DNA of 57,064 bases, taken from the NCBI GenBank assembly GCA_000388065.2, contig KB932203.1, one strand, 5' to 3'. A program made the translations under genes and the position numbers. Below are positions 37,032 through 47,900 of this stretch, one piece after another; position 1 is the first letter of the stretch; each line of letters begins with the position of its first letter. This DNA comes from Fonticula alba ATCC 38817. Its lineage: Eukaryota > Protista > Nucleariida. The notes below the pieces were generated by a model. That model searched no databases. It had not been told where the DNA came from and saw only the letters and a program-made list of their open reading frames with translations.

Positions 37032-40004
37032 TTTGCCAATCTTCCACCACAGGTCTCCCAGTTCGTCATGGCCAACATCAAGACCGTGCAGGATGCCCTG
37101 ACCACCGAGTACAACCAGCTGCTGGAGGACCGGGCCACGCTGCAGGAGTTCATCTTCCCGCGGCTGCGCGAGGACAAGTGCTACCTGCCGGTGAATGTCC
37201 TGCGGCTGATCCGCCACTCGCGGCGCATGCGCCAGCACAATGACACCCTCATCTGCGACCTGTCGCCGGTGCAGATTGTCGAAGAGGTGGCCAATCTGTG
37301 CGACCGGATTGTGGTCATCTCCGGCGACGACCCCATCAGTCGAACGGCCAACCGCAATGCCACCATGCTCTTCCGGATCCTCATCCGCCAGTATCTGTCC
37401 GTGCGCCGGGTGGTGGCGGAATTCCGCTTCGATCGGAGCTCCTTCCAGTGGGTCATCCACCAGATTGAGAGCCGCTTCCGGGATTCCATCATCCACCCGG
37501 GCGAGGCGGTGGGCACCATCGCCGCGCAGTCCATCGGTGAGCCGGCCACCCAGATGACCCTGAACACCTTCCACTCGGCCGGTATCGGCGCCAAGAACAT
37601 CACTCTCGGTGTCCCCCGACTGCGGGAGCTGATCGATGTGGCCCGGTCCATCAAGACCCCGTCCATGTCCATCATGCTGGTGGATGAGTTCAACCACTCG
37701 GAGAAGCAGGCTCACAAGGCGCTGGCGGCCATCGAGCACACCACCCTGGCCAAGGTCACCCACAAGTCCCAGGTGATCTACGATCCGGACCAGGCCAACG
37801 CCTCGGTGGTCGAGGCGGATGACGATTTCATCCAGCTGTTCTTCGCCACGGAGGTATGTCCTCCCGAGAGTGGCTCTGTGTGTGTGTGTGTGGTGGCGGT
37901 GGCGGGGGTAGTGGGCTGTTTCCTCTTCGTTCTTTTCCTTTTCCCCCTTTTTTTGGTACATCCCTCTTTTTTTTTCTCCCCCCTAATCCCGTTTCCCTCT
38001 TTCTCTCCCGCTTCGGCTCGCCGGCCAACAGAACGTGGATCCCGCCTCCCTTTCCCCCTGGGTGCTGCGCCTGGAGCTGGACCGCTCGGCGATGGAGGCC
38101 AAGCGCTGTTCCATGGACGAGGTGGCCGGCAAGATCGCCGAGCACCTAGTGCCGGCCAGCGACTTCGTCCTGATGCACTCGCACGACAACTACGAGAAGC
38201 TGGTCCTGCGCATCAGCATCCGCAACACCTCCGACTCCATGGACCAGAACTTCCCCGGGGACAAGATCCTCATCCAGTACGAGCGCAAGCTCCTGTCCAA
38301 GGTGGTGCTCAAGGGCATCGACAAGATCAAGCAGGTGAAGATCGACAAGATCCAGAACCCCAGCATCACGGTCGACGGCGGGCTGACCCCCTCCGGGCCG
38401 GCCGAGAACTACCTGGTCACCACCGGATCCAACATGCGGGATGTCCTGTCCAGCGAGTTTGTGGAGTTCCGCAACACCGTCACCAACAACATCGTCGAGA
38501 CGTGCGAAGTTTTGGGCATCGAGGCCGCTCGGCAGACCCTGCTGCTGGAGTTGAAGCGGGTCATCGAGTTCGACGGGAACTACGTCAACTACCACCACCT
38601 GGGCCTGCTGTGCGACGTGATGACCTACCGTGGCTTCCTGATGCCGATCAACCGCCATGGCTTCAACCGCAATTCCACCGGTGCCCTGATGCGGTCTTCC
38701 TACGAGGAGACCGTGGATGTTCTGCTGGAGGCGGCGGCCCATGCGGAGATCGACCGCATGCAGGGTGTCTCGGAGAACATCCTTCTGGGCCAGCTGTCGC
38801 CGGTGGGAACCGGCGTGTTCGATGTCATGCTCGATGAGGACAAGCTCCGCGAGGCCATTCCCCTGTCCAGTGTGGTGACTGGCGAGACGTGCGTCCCTCT
38901 CTTCGTCCGGCCGTCCTCCTTTTGCTCTCATCCCCCCCCCCCCCNNNNNNNNNNNNNNNNNNNNNNNNNNNNNNNNNNNNNNNNNNNNNNNNNNNNNNNN
39001 NNNNNNNNNNNNNNNNNNNNNNNNNNNNNNNNNNNNNNNNNNNNNNNNNNNNNNNNNNNNNNNNNNNNNNNNNNNNNNNNNNNNNNNNNNNNNNNNNNNN
39101 NNNNNNNNNNNNNNNNNNNNNNNNNNNNNNNNNNNNNNNNNNNNNNNNNNNNNNNNNNNNNNNNNNNNNNNNNNNNNNNNNNNNNNNNNNNNNNNNNNNN
39201 NNNNNNNNNNNNNNNNNNNNNNNNNNNNNNNNNNNNNNNNNNNNNNNNNNNNNNNNNNNNNNNNNNNNNNNNNNNNNNNNNNNNNNNNNNNNNNNNNNNN
39301 NNNNNNNNNNNNNNNNNNNNNNNNNNNNNNNNNNNNNNNNNNNNNNNNNNNNNNNNNNNNNNNNNNNNNNNNNNNNNNNNNNNNNNNNNNNNNNNNNNNN
39401 NNNNNNNNNNNNNNNNNNNNNNNNNNNNNNNNNNNNNNNNNNNNNNNNNNNNNNNNNNNNNNNNNNNNNNNNNNNNNNNNNNNNNNNNNNNNNNNNNNNN
39501 NNNNNNNNNNNNNNNNNNNNNNNNNNNNNNNNNNNNNNNNNNNNNNNNNNNNNNNNNNNNNNNNNNNNNNNNNNNNNNNNNNNNNNNNNNNNNNNNNNNN
39601 NNNNNNNNNNNNNNNNNNNNNNNNNNNNNNNNNNNNNNNNNNNNNNNNNNNNNNNNNNNNNNNNNNNNNNNNNNNNNNNNNNNNNNNNNNNNNNNNNNNN
39701 NNNNNNNNNNNNNNNNNNNNNNNNNNNNNNNNNNNNNNNNNNNNNNNNNNNNNNNNNNNNNNNNNNNNNNNNNNNNNNNNNNNNNNNNNNNNNNNNNNNN
39801 NNNNNNNNNNNNNNNNNNNNNNNNNNNNNNNNNNNNNNNNNNNNNNNNNNNNNNNNNNNNNNNNNNNNNNNNNNNNNNNNNNNNCCGGCCTACTCGCCCA
39901 CGAGCCCGGCCTACTCTCCCACGAGCCCGGCCTATTCCCCCACGAGTCCGGCCTACTCCCCGACCTCCAGTTCATACTCCTCCTCTTCTTCCTCCTCGTA
40001 CTGA
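33626..40004 (+). CDS. RPB1: DNA-directed RNA polymerase II largest subunit with heptad CTD
   Basis: Exons 33626-33700, 33787-33854, 34156-36760, 37053-37853, 38032-38888, then the gap, then the CTD ending TGA at 40004. Motifs: [35 protein letters not shown] (catalytic loop), [18 protein letters not shown] (bridge helix), [15 protein letters not shown] (trigger loop) and YSPTSP repeats. Confidence 0.99.
33991..34057. repeat. 16-bp minisatellite, 4 copies, in RPB1 intron 2
   Basis: tcctggcatcttcct[t/c] repeated four times plus tcc. Confidence 0.9.
38945..39884. other. Assembly gap (N run) hiding most of the RPB1 linker/CTD; other gaps at 3366-3466, 5666-5940, ~12766-13100, 30090-30656, 32915-33328 and 44161-44221
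   Basis: Runs of n in the sequence, most abutting poly-C or poly-G tracts. Confidence 1.
39885..39969 (+). repeat. RPB1 CTD 21-bp heptad repeats (visible 3' end only)
   Basis: Encodes [28 protein letters not shown]; the rest is hidden in the gap 38945-39884. Confidence 0.95.
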
Positions 40005-40618
40005 GAGGGGCGTCCCCTGTACAGTACCCTTTCCCTTTCTCATATTACGCGCACGCGCTCGCCCTCTCTCCCGCTCCCCTTTTCTCGTCTCCTCCCGCTC
40101 CTCCTGCCCGTCAATCTCCCCTCTTGTGGCGAGGCGCGGAGGGGCCCAGGGCAGGCATGAAGAGGGGGGGGAACCACGCCCGCGGGGAGGAAGCAGCAGC
40201 CGGGGCCGCCCTCCAAAAATCAAAACCCCGTGTGCGCGCCTACCGCGCCGGGGCAGAAAAGACATCCCCCCCTCCCCCCCTTCCACTCTGCTGATCGCGC
40301 CCTTGCGTCATCGCGCCGGCCCCTCCCCTCTGTCCTTCCCCTATCACCCTTTCCACCTTTCAACATCCCCCTCTCTCTGTCCGGCGCCAGGCGCGGCGGC
40401 TCTCTCCCTCGGCCACGGCATACTAGAATACACCCCCCCTCCCCGTCACCCTCTTGCTCGCCCGACGGAAGACAGGCATCACATGGCGTGGCCGCCCCCC
40501 CCCCCCCCCCCACGTGTAATGCTTTTCGCGATCGGGGCAGGCCCATATAGTGTTCTATCTCTATTTCATTTTCATCAATGGATGGCCCCAGGGGGAGGCC
40601 GGGGCGGCTGGGGCACAC

Positions 40619-40940
40619 TTAGGCAGGCGTCTCCGGCGTGGCAGGGGCCCCTGCCGACATGGTGGCAGATTCAGGCACGGCCTCGGGAGCAGTGACGTCC
40701 GACGAGGCGTTCTCAGCCTCATAGTCATCCAGAATGCTGAGCATGTGTGCCTGGCGCTGGGCCTTCTCCCGGGCCACCGGGTGTGCGAACTGCGAGGTGA
40801 GCGGATCGAACACGCCAAAGCGCCGGAGGGCCGAGATCAGGCCAAACTCCGAGACCAGGTCATACTCGATGGTGGAAATGGTGACTGCGAAGCGCCGCGA
40901 GGAGTGGGTCTGTTATGGCGGGGGTGGTGAGTAGAAGGGG

Positions 40941-40984
<44 letters not shown>

Positions 40985-41673
40985 GGCAATGGGCAGCAGT
41001 GTTGGTGCACAGGACAGGAGAAGGCAAGAGCAGGGGACATTTGCACAAGTCCGAGTGGTCCCCCCAGTCCCCTTCTCCGTCCTCCTCTTCAAGCCCAGGT
41101 AGAGCGCACGCACCGCCGACTCGATCGGCCGTGGCTGGATCAGCTCCACCTTGTTGGAGTCGCCCATGCCGCGGCTCCGGCAGAAGTCCGTGAAGCGTGA
41201 GCAGTCCACGCACAAAAAGGCGATCTCCTGGCTGGCGGCTTGTTCCTCCGGCGACCGAAGGCGGAAGGCCAGCCGCCGCGAGGTGTTGGCCACCGCCTCC
41301 GAGTAGGGGTTGCTGGAGATCCAGCAGAAGCACCGGCGTGAGCGTGAGCGGGGGGGGGGGGGGGGGGGGGCACACCTGTGCGAGGGCGAGCGGCATGCAT
41401 GGGCGCATGTCGGTGCGGTGGGCAGGCGGCAAGGACAGGGCAGATGGGCGATCGGCTGCGCGCGTACCCGGGTGTCATCAACATCAGGAGAACCGTCCGA
41501 CCGGAGGAGATGAGCCGCTTGAGGTCGTTATCCGAGCGCCAGAAGAGCCGATAGTCCGGGATGGCAGCCAGGTTCTGCTGGAAGCCGAAGAAGGACCGCA
41601 GCTTGGATTCGACCTTCTGAGGCCACGAGAGTGACTCCCAGTGCTGGCGGTCGATCATTTCGTCCGTGAGCAT
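40619..41673 (-). CDS. Hypothetical ~231-aa protein, probable thioredoxin-like fold lacking CxxC
   Basis: Phase-consistent exons 41673-41468, 41312-41114, 40909-40619. DLKRLISSGRTVLLMLMTPGNPYS...EIAFLCVDCSRFTDFCRSRG resembles the thioredoxin pattern (helix, xVLVxFxAPW, helix, xFxxVDC...LCxxxG). The second donor is chosen by consensus (GTGCGT). Confidence 0.6.
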
Positions 41674-42232
41674 GGTGTCTGTCAAGGAACGGGGGGGGGG
41701 GGAGGGGGGGGCGCGGAGAGAGACGGAAGGTGGTGGTGGGGGGTGGGGGGGAGAGAGAGAAGGCGGGGAGGAGCGCTGGCCGCCTCCCCGCGTCTGCGGC
41801 CAACACACCACGCCCCGTGAAAGAGATGGGCGCGGCCACCCGCCCGGGTGCGTGGGCAGCTGGCCCGACGCGCTCCGTCGCTCGCATCACATGCGCCCAC
41901 TGTCCGGTCACCAGTCGGCAGTCCGGGGAGGGGGAGGGGGAGACGCTTTGCCGGGTGCCGCTGGCCGCGCCTGGGGATGGTCGGGGCGGCCCCGGCTGCC
42001 CGGCGCACGCTCCCGGGGCCAGAGTCACCCGCCCGCTCCGCCCGCTCGTCCAGTAGAGCGCCCCTTTTCCCAGCTAGTATACAGGGGGCACATCCTGGCA
42101 ACGACGGGGCCTTTTTGTGCGCCGGCCCCGGGCTCAGCTCCGGCCCTGATCGGGCTGGTGCAGATCTCCAAGCCCCCTCCCTGCTTGCCTTCCCCTCGGC
42201 CTCCCTTCCTCCTTCCCCTCCCCCGGTCCGGC

Positions 42233-43281
42233 ATGATGGCCAAGCCCGCAGCCGCTCCCGGCGCCGAGAGCGCCGACTTCCCGGCCATCTACAACTTCCC
42301 CCCTTTTTTCACGTACGCCCTCTGTCCGTCTGCCCCCCGCGTCCCGGCGTGCCCCCCTCCTCCCCCCCCCACACACACCCACTCACTTTCGCACCGCCCC
42401 CCGCCTACGCCCACCCACCCACTCACCCGCCCTCCCGCCCTCCCGCCCCCGCGCAAGCAGCCTTCAACCCAACCAGGACACTCGCTCGCGGCAGCTGGAC
42501 ACCTGGACACAGCTGATTCTCAGTCACACGGCCCCGGCCTCCGGGACAGTGGGCAGCCTCAAGCAGCGCCTCGCCACAGCGGACCTATTTAATGCGCGTG
42601 ACGTGCCCTTCGTCAACTCCAACATTGGAAGTGCGCTGCCGCCGTCTGCCCCCCACCTCGCTTCCCCCCACCTCCGTGCCAATCACTCACCTTTGTCTGG
42701 CATCCGTCCCCCTTTGCCCGCGGCTACAACTATTCTCGTGCTCCTGTCCTCTACCCCTCCCCCCCCCCCCTCCCCCACCCTTCCACACACACACACACAC
42801 ACATACATACACGTGCGCGCGCGCACCACCAAACACACTCACAGGAAAGATCTCCCCCGAGCTGGGGCGCGCCATCCTCGACCACATGCTCGAGCGGGGA
42901 AATGCCATCCCCTGCCCGTCGGCAACGATGGTTCCGGCACCGGCTGGGGCCAAGCAGCAGGCAGGCACACGCGCCACTTCCAGCCCCAGCAGCCCCGGCA
43001 ATTCCGGCACCTTCTCCGGGACCTTCTACTCACACTTGCTGATCCTCCACCGGTCGGCCTTCGAGTGGGCGGATCTCATCGAGCGCTATGCCGCCGAGGT
43101 GGGCCTCCGCGACACGGTCCTCACCCTGGAGGAGTTCCTGCTGGGCCGCGAGACCGAGGACCAGCCCTTTCACGGGATGGACCGTACCTTCTTCAAGACG
43201 GTCGTCGCCCCGGAGCTGGGCCGCCGCAACCGGGTCATTCTCTTTGGCTCCGATGACGAGGAGGGCCTGAAGTTCGTGTGA
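42233..43281 (+). CDS. VPS25: ESCRT-II subunit VPS25
   Basis: Exons 42233-42312, 42461-42630, 42845-43281 (TGA). Motifs FPAIYNFPPFFTLQPNQDTRSRQLDTW, EWADLIERY, VLTLEEF and C-terminal GLKFV. Confidence 0.93.
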
Positions 43282-43495
43282 TTTTTGGCACACCGGCCAA
43301 AAATAATAGCTCCTCCACTCTGTCTTATCACAAGGGGGCATGTATTTCTGGGCGGGGGGGGGGGGTGATGTGGCTGCGCATTGCGGACGCCACGCTGTTT
43401 TGCGCGGAGCGCGGTGGACCGCCTCTTGGAGGACGGCTCTACTTGACTGGGGAGGGGGGACGTATTGGGACCGGGGTGCCGACCGTGCAGACGCT

Positions 43496-44442
43496 TTACC
43501 GGCCGGAGCGACGCATGAGGAGGTAGACATCCTCACCGAGGGCGAGGTTGTTCAGGTGGCGGGGAGCCACCTTCAGGCACATCAGCAGACCGCCGAAGGA
43601 AATGAAAAGGATGCTGCAGCGAGGGGGGGAGAGTGTGCAGACATGTGTCAGGATACAGGAGCCCACTCACAGGGAGAGAGAGAGAGGGGTGGGGGGGGAG
43701 ACAAAGGAAAGGAGCCAGGGCTCCGGGGGCCGGGGGGGGGGGAGGAGGAACGTACATCCTCCGGTCGCCGTCCTCCGGGACCGAGCGGTACACGCGGCCG
43801 TGCATGACATATTCGAAGTTGTCGGCCAGGGAGGGAGCGCCGCGCTGGTCGAAGCCAACCGGGTCGGCCGAATCGAGGGAAAGCTGCACGCGCAGGGGCC
43901 AGGAAAAGCAACAGGGTCAGACGACGGCATGGCGGGCCGAGGCATGGCCGGGCGGGTGACACCGGGGCAAAGCCCCAGGGACAAGAGCAAAGGGGAAAGG
44001 CAAAAGACACCGTCGCACCGTCTTGGACAGGACCAGGTAGAACTTGTTGTCGGCCTCCTTGTTCAGGGGGAACAGGTCCGAGTGCACATCGAGGGTGATC
44101 TCACCGGCGGTGTTTTCGCCGTTGGCCACGATGCGGGTGACTGTGACCGGGGGAGGGGGGNNNNNNNNNNNNNNNNNNNNNNNNNNNNNNNNNNNNNNNN
44201 NNNNNNNNNNNNNNNNNNNNNCGGTCTCCGCCATGCGCAGGCACGCGTGCGCGTGGGGAGCGGCCGGCCGGCCGGCAGACAGGTCAGCGACGGGAGGGCA
44301 CACGAGAGAAGGAGCCAAGAAGGACCAGCAACCGGCGGCCAAGAAGCGAAGGGGCAGACGACGCACCACGGTCGAACGGCTTGCCGCCGGGGTCCTGCTC
44401 GAAGACCTCGAAGTAATCCTCAAACTGGTGGGCAGAGGACAT
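43496..44442 (-). CDS. RPB8: RNA polymerases I/II/III shared subunit RPABC3
   Basis: Phase-consistent exons 44442-44367, 44140-44019, 43883-43756, 43613-43496 (TAA). Motifs FEDYFEV...DPGGKPFDRVTRI, LDVHSDLFP, SLADNFEYVMHGRVY, ISFGGLLM and VYLLMR. Confidence 0.97.
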
Positions 44443-44971
44443 GGCGCGAGATGTGAAGCAAGGGGCAGAAAGGGAGGAGAGGCAGAAAGAAGGGTGGTGA
44501 AAGGGGAGGGAGAGGAGGGGGGGGGGGGGCGGCAAGGGGCCGATCGCGCAGAGGGGGGTGGCCCGGCGCGCCGAGCCGGCCCGCCAGCGGCCAGCCCGTT
44601 CACTTGAATGGCCCTCCCCGGCCTGGGGAGGGGAGCTGTGTGAGGCGGCGTCTGACGGCGCTCCGGTCTCCGCCATGCGCAGGCACGCGTGCGCGTGCGT
44701 AGAGGCCGTCTGGCGCCCTGGCCGCCCCCGGGGGTGCGGCAAACAGGCCTGCCTCGAGGCCCAACGCGCGGCGCTCTCCCTTGCCGGCGCCCCCGCTCGT
44801 GCCCGCCGCCCTCTCCCCGCCCTGTCCCGCCTACACACGCACACACACACACACACACACGCAGGTCCTCCCCGAGGAAAAAAAGGAACTCCGCGCCAGG
44901 TGGAGGCGGGTGCGGTGCATGTGATCATATCATGTGTGTGCTACACAGTGCTATTATATCAGAACGCCACA

Positions 44972-47900
44972 TCAAAGCCTGCCATACCCATCGTCATCCT
45001 CGTCCGAAGGCCCGGCGATGCCGGCATGGAGGAAGTCCAGCCCGAGGTCGCCAGCCGGCTGGTCCTCGTCCGACATTTCCTCGGGCTCGGTGGCCTGGCT
45101 GTCAGAGCCCGAAAGCTCGGCATGGGCCTCCGTCGGGGGCCGAAGCGCCTGCACGCTGATCCCCGTCTCGCTGGCAGCCCACACGTCGGTCGGGATCACC
45201 TGCGACGAGACAACCTCCCCATCCAGGGCCCGGTGCTTCAGGTGCCCAATCCAGTAGGCAGCGGATGCGTCATTGCGCTCCAGCATCTGCCGGACACGGA
45301 AGAGCAGCGTCTCCAGGTCCCGCCGGAGCGGGGCCACGAGCCTCAAGGCCGTCGGCGGGAGGGTCGGCGTGCCATGGCTGGCAGCTGCGTCACGCGCCCG
45401 GGCAGTTGTGCCGGCGCTTGCCGAACGAGCCTGGCGCTTGCGCGCTCTCCCGCCGGCGTCGGTGGAGGTGGCGCCCGCGGCCGCGGCCGCGGCCGCCACC
45501 GCCTCCCGAGACGAAGAGCTTTTCACCAGCGAACAGGCGGACTGCAAGACACGCGTGCTCTTCTGCAAGGCCGCAAGCAGGGCCAGCACCGCCTGCCGGT
45601 GCGAGTGGCTCATGCCGAAGATCCGATCAAAGCAAGGCATCACATGCCGCATCCAGGCCCCGACGAAGGACCGGCCCAGGCGCAGGCAGGTCACCAGCAC
45701 CCCGGAGAAGGGAGCCGCTAGGACTGCATCATCCGCGGCGCGGATGGCCCCAACCAGCCCGGTGAAAGTCCCCAGGAGGAGCTCCAGTCGGCTGAGAACG
45801 ACAGCAGCTGCCCGTGCATGTGTTGATGCGTGTGGGTGGCGCGGGGGTGGCGCGGGGGTGTGAAGGAGGGCAGAGGAGGGAGGGGGGGGGGGAGGGAGTG
45901 CAGATTGCTCATAGGGTCAGTGACAGAAGCGGAAACATTGCCGAAGAGAAAGGCGGCTTCGCACCGCTGTCATGGCGCCGGTCCAGCAGACTGGGCGATA
46001 GGTGGGTCACATTGGCCACCAGCGCCTCGAAGCACAAACGGTGGTACTGGACAAAAGTTTGCAGCGTGATGCTCGATAGCCAGGAGTGTGTATCGTCCAT
46101 GGCTGCGGCGGTCTCGCCGTCGGCTGACTGTGATACGTCGGGCGAGAGGGAGCTCCATCCGCTTAGGAGCGGCCGCTCCAGAGCCTCGGCCAGGTCCTCG
46201 GCCCCCGCCGGCAGCCGCTCCAGCGCCTGCTGGTACTCGGGCAGGATCTGCCGGCAGAAGGGGATAACCACATGCGAGAAGGCCGCCGGAGATAGGAGGA
46301 GGTGCGCTCGGAGGACCAGCTCCAACTCAGATGTCTTCCGAGAGAGAGAGGGAGGGAGGGAGGGAGGGGGGAGGGAAGAAGAGAGAAAGGGGGGAAGGAA
46401 GAGGAAGGAGGGAGAAAGAGAGACAACCATTGCCGGGTTAGACGGCCACGGACGGAGAAGGAGAGAAAGGCGGGACAGAGGAGCAGCCATCGACCCAGGG
46501 CAGGCGCACATTCATGGTGGCCAGGTTCGGCACGCCGGCCAGCAAACGCCCCGCGAAGTCCGAAATGAGATGGAGAGGCCCGACGTCCGAGGCCGGGGAT
46601 GGCCGGGGCGCAGCCAACGCCGCGGGGCCCGCCGCTGCCGGGCAGATTGAGAAGAGCCGCGAAATGGCGAGTGCCGCGCGCAAAAGTTGCAACGGCTGCC
46701 GGTGCTCCACATCCGCCAGGCAGGGGGAGCTAGCAAGATCGATGGGAGGCCACGAGTCAGGCGCCAAATGGGACCGCATGCCAAAAAGCACCAAGGGACG
46801 CACAATAGCAGTGCCTGCAGGATGGTTTCCAAGTCGCAGTGACCACTGGCCGGGGGGGCCTCGACCAGCCGCAGGAAGAAGATGCTCACTTTCCGAGCGG
46901 TCTGCAGGAATGTCTGGGGCCAGGCGGAAGAGTCGGACAGAAACGCCGTGAGAAGCGGGGCACGGGCCAGAACAGGGAGCAGAGTAAAAAGCAGGGCAAC
47001 GAGCAGAGCAAGGGCCAGGCCGGACACGAGGACAGCCCAAAGGCCGGTGGGGGGGGGTACCTGGCGCAGAAGGTGCAGGAAGCCGGATGGCGAGTGCCGA
47101 GTCACCGATGCCAGAGGAGCCAGGTCGCTCTTGGGCGTTCGACCCAGCTGCACAAGGCTGGTGGCCACACGCTCGAGCACCCGCAGACCGGTACCGGCGG
47201 AATCCATCAGGTCCGCAATCTGCACACACGCGTGCGAGGTTGCCGGCGAAAGGACACGCGGGCGGGTGGGCAGGCAGGGAGTTAGCCCGGGCCAAGGGAG
47301 GAAGCAAGAATGGGCAACAACACAGCCGGGGGGCGAGTCTCCACACGCACGACATCATTCATGTCAGCCGACATCCGAAGAGCCTTGGGCGCCAGGGGGG
47401 GGGGGGGGGGGACGGGACGGGACGGCCGGGCGGGAGGAAGGGAGGAAGGGAGGAAGGGAAAAGGGGGGGGGGGGCAAGCACGGTTGGACGGGGATCGGTC
47501 AACATTTGACGGTCAAGGGCCGGAGGAAGAAGCAACACCGCAAAAGGGCACGCGCGCACCCGGTCCAGACGGAACAGAGCACACAGCGAGTACAGCCAGA
47601 TGTGACTGAGCCCGCCCTGCAACAGGAGGACGGAGATCCAGTGGGCCGGTGGCCAGCTGCTCGACACCGATTCCAGCGGCGCATCAATGTGCGCCTCCTC
47701 CGACTCGGGCAATCCATCGGCCGTGGCCGTGGCCGTGGCATCGGGAGATGCGTCATCGGCCAGGGGCTGCGCCGGCGCGGAGTCCGCGCTGGGGGCCGGC
47801 GCCCCGGGTGCCTGGAGGTATGCCGAAGACCACACCAGGCCGGTGCCGGCCAGCGCGGTGATCAGCCCATTGAAGTGAGTCGATGTGGCGGTCTTCATGC

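Noticed and set aside
38035-40695. ORF-track entries spanning N gaps (poly-X), including the 886-aa ORF that skips the CTD frame
   Set aside because: These are artefacts of translating through gaps of estimated length. The CTD frame ending at 40004 is the real RPB1 end.
41313-41345. Apparent GCFC (CxC) active-site motif in the thioredoxin-like gene
   Set aside because: There is no AG acceptor before these codons. The first AG after the branch-like motif is at 41314-41313, so CFCWISS is intronic and the junction reads TPGNPYS.
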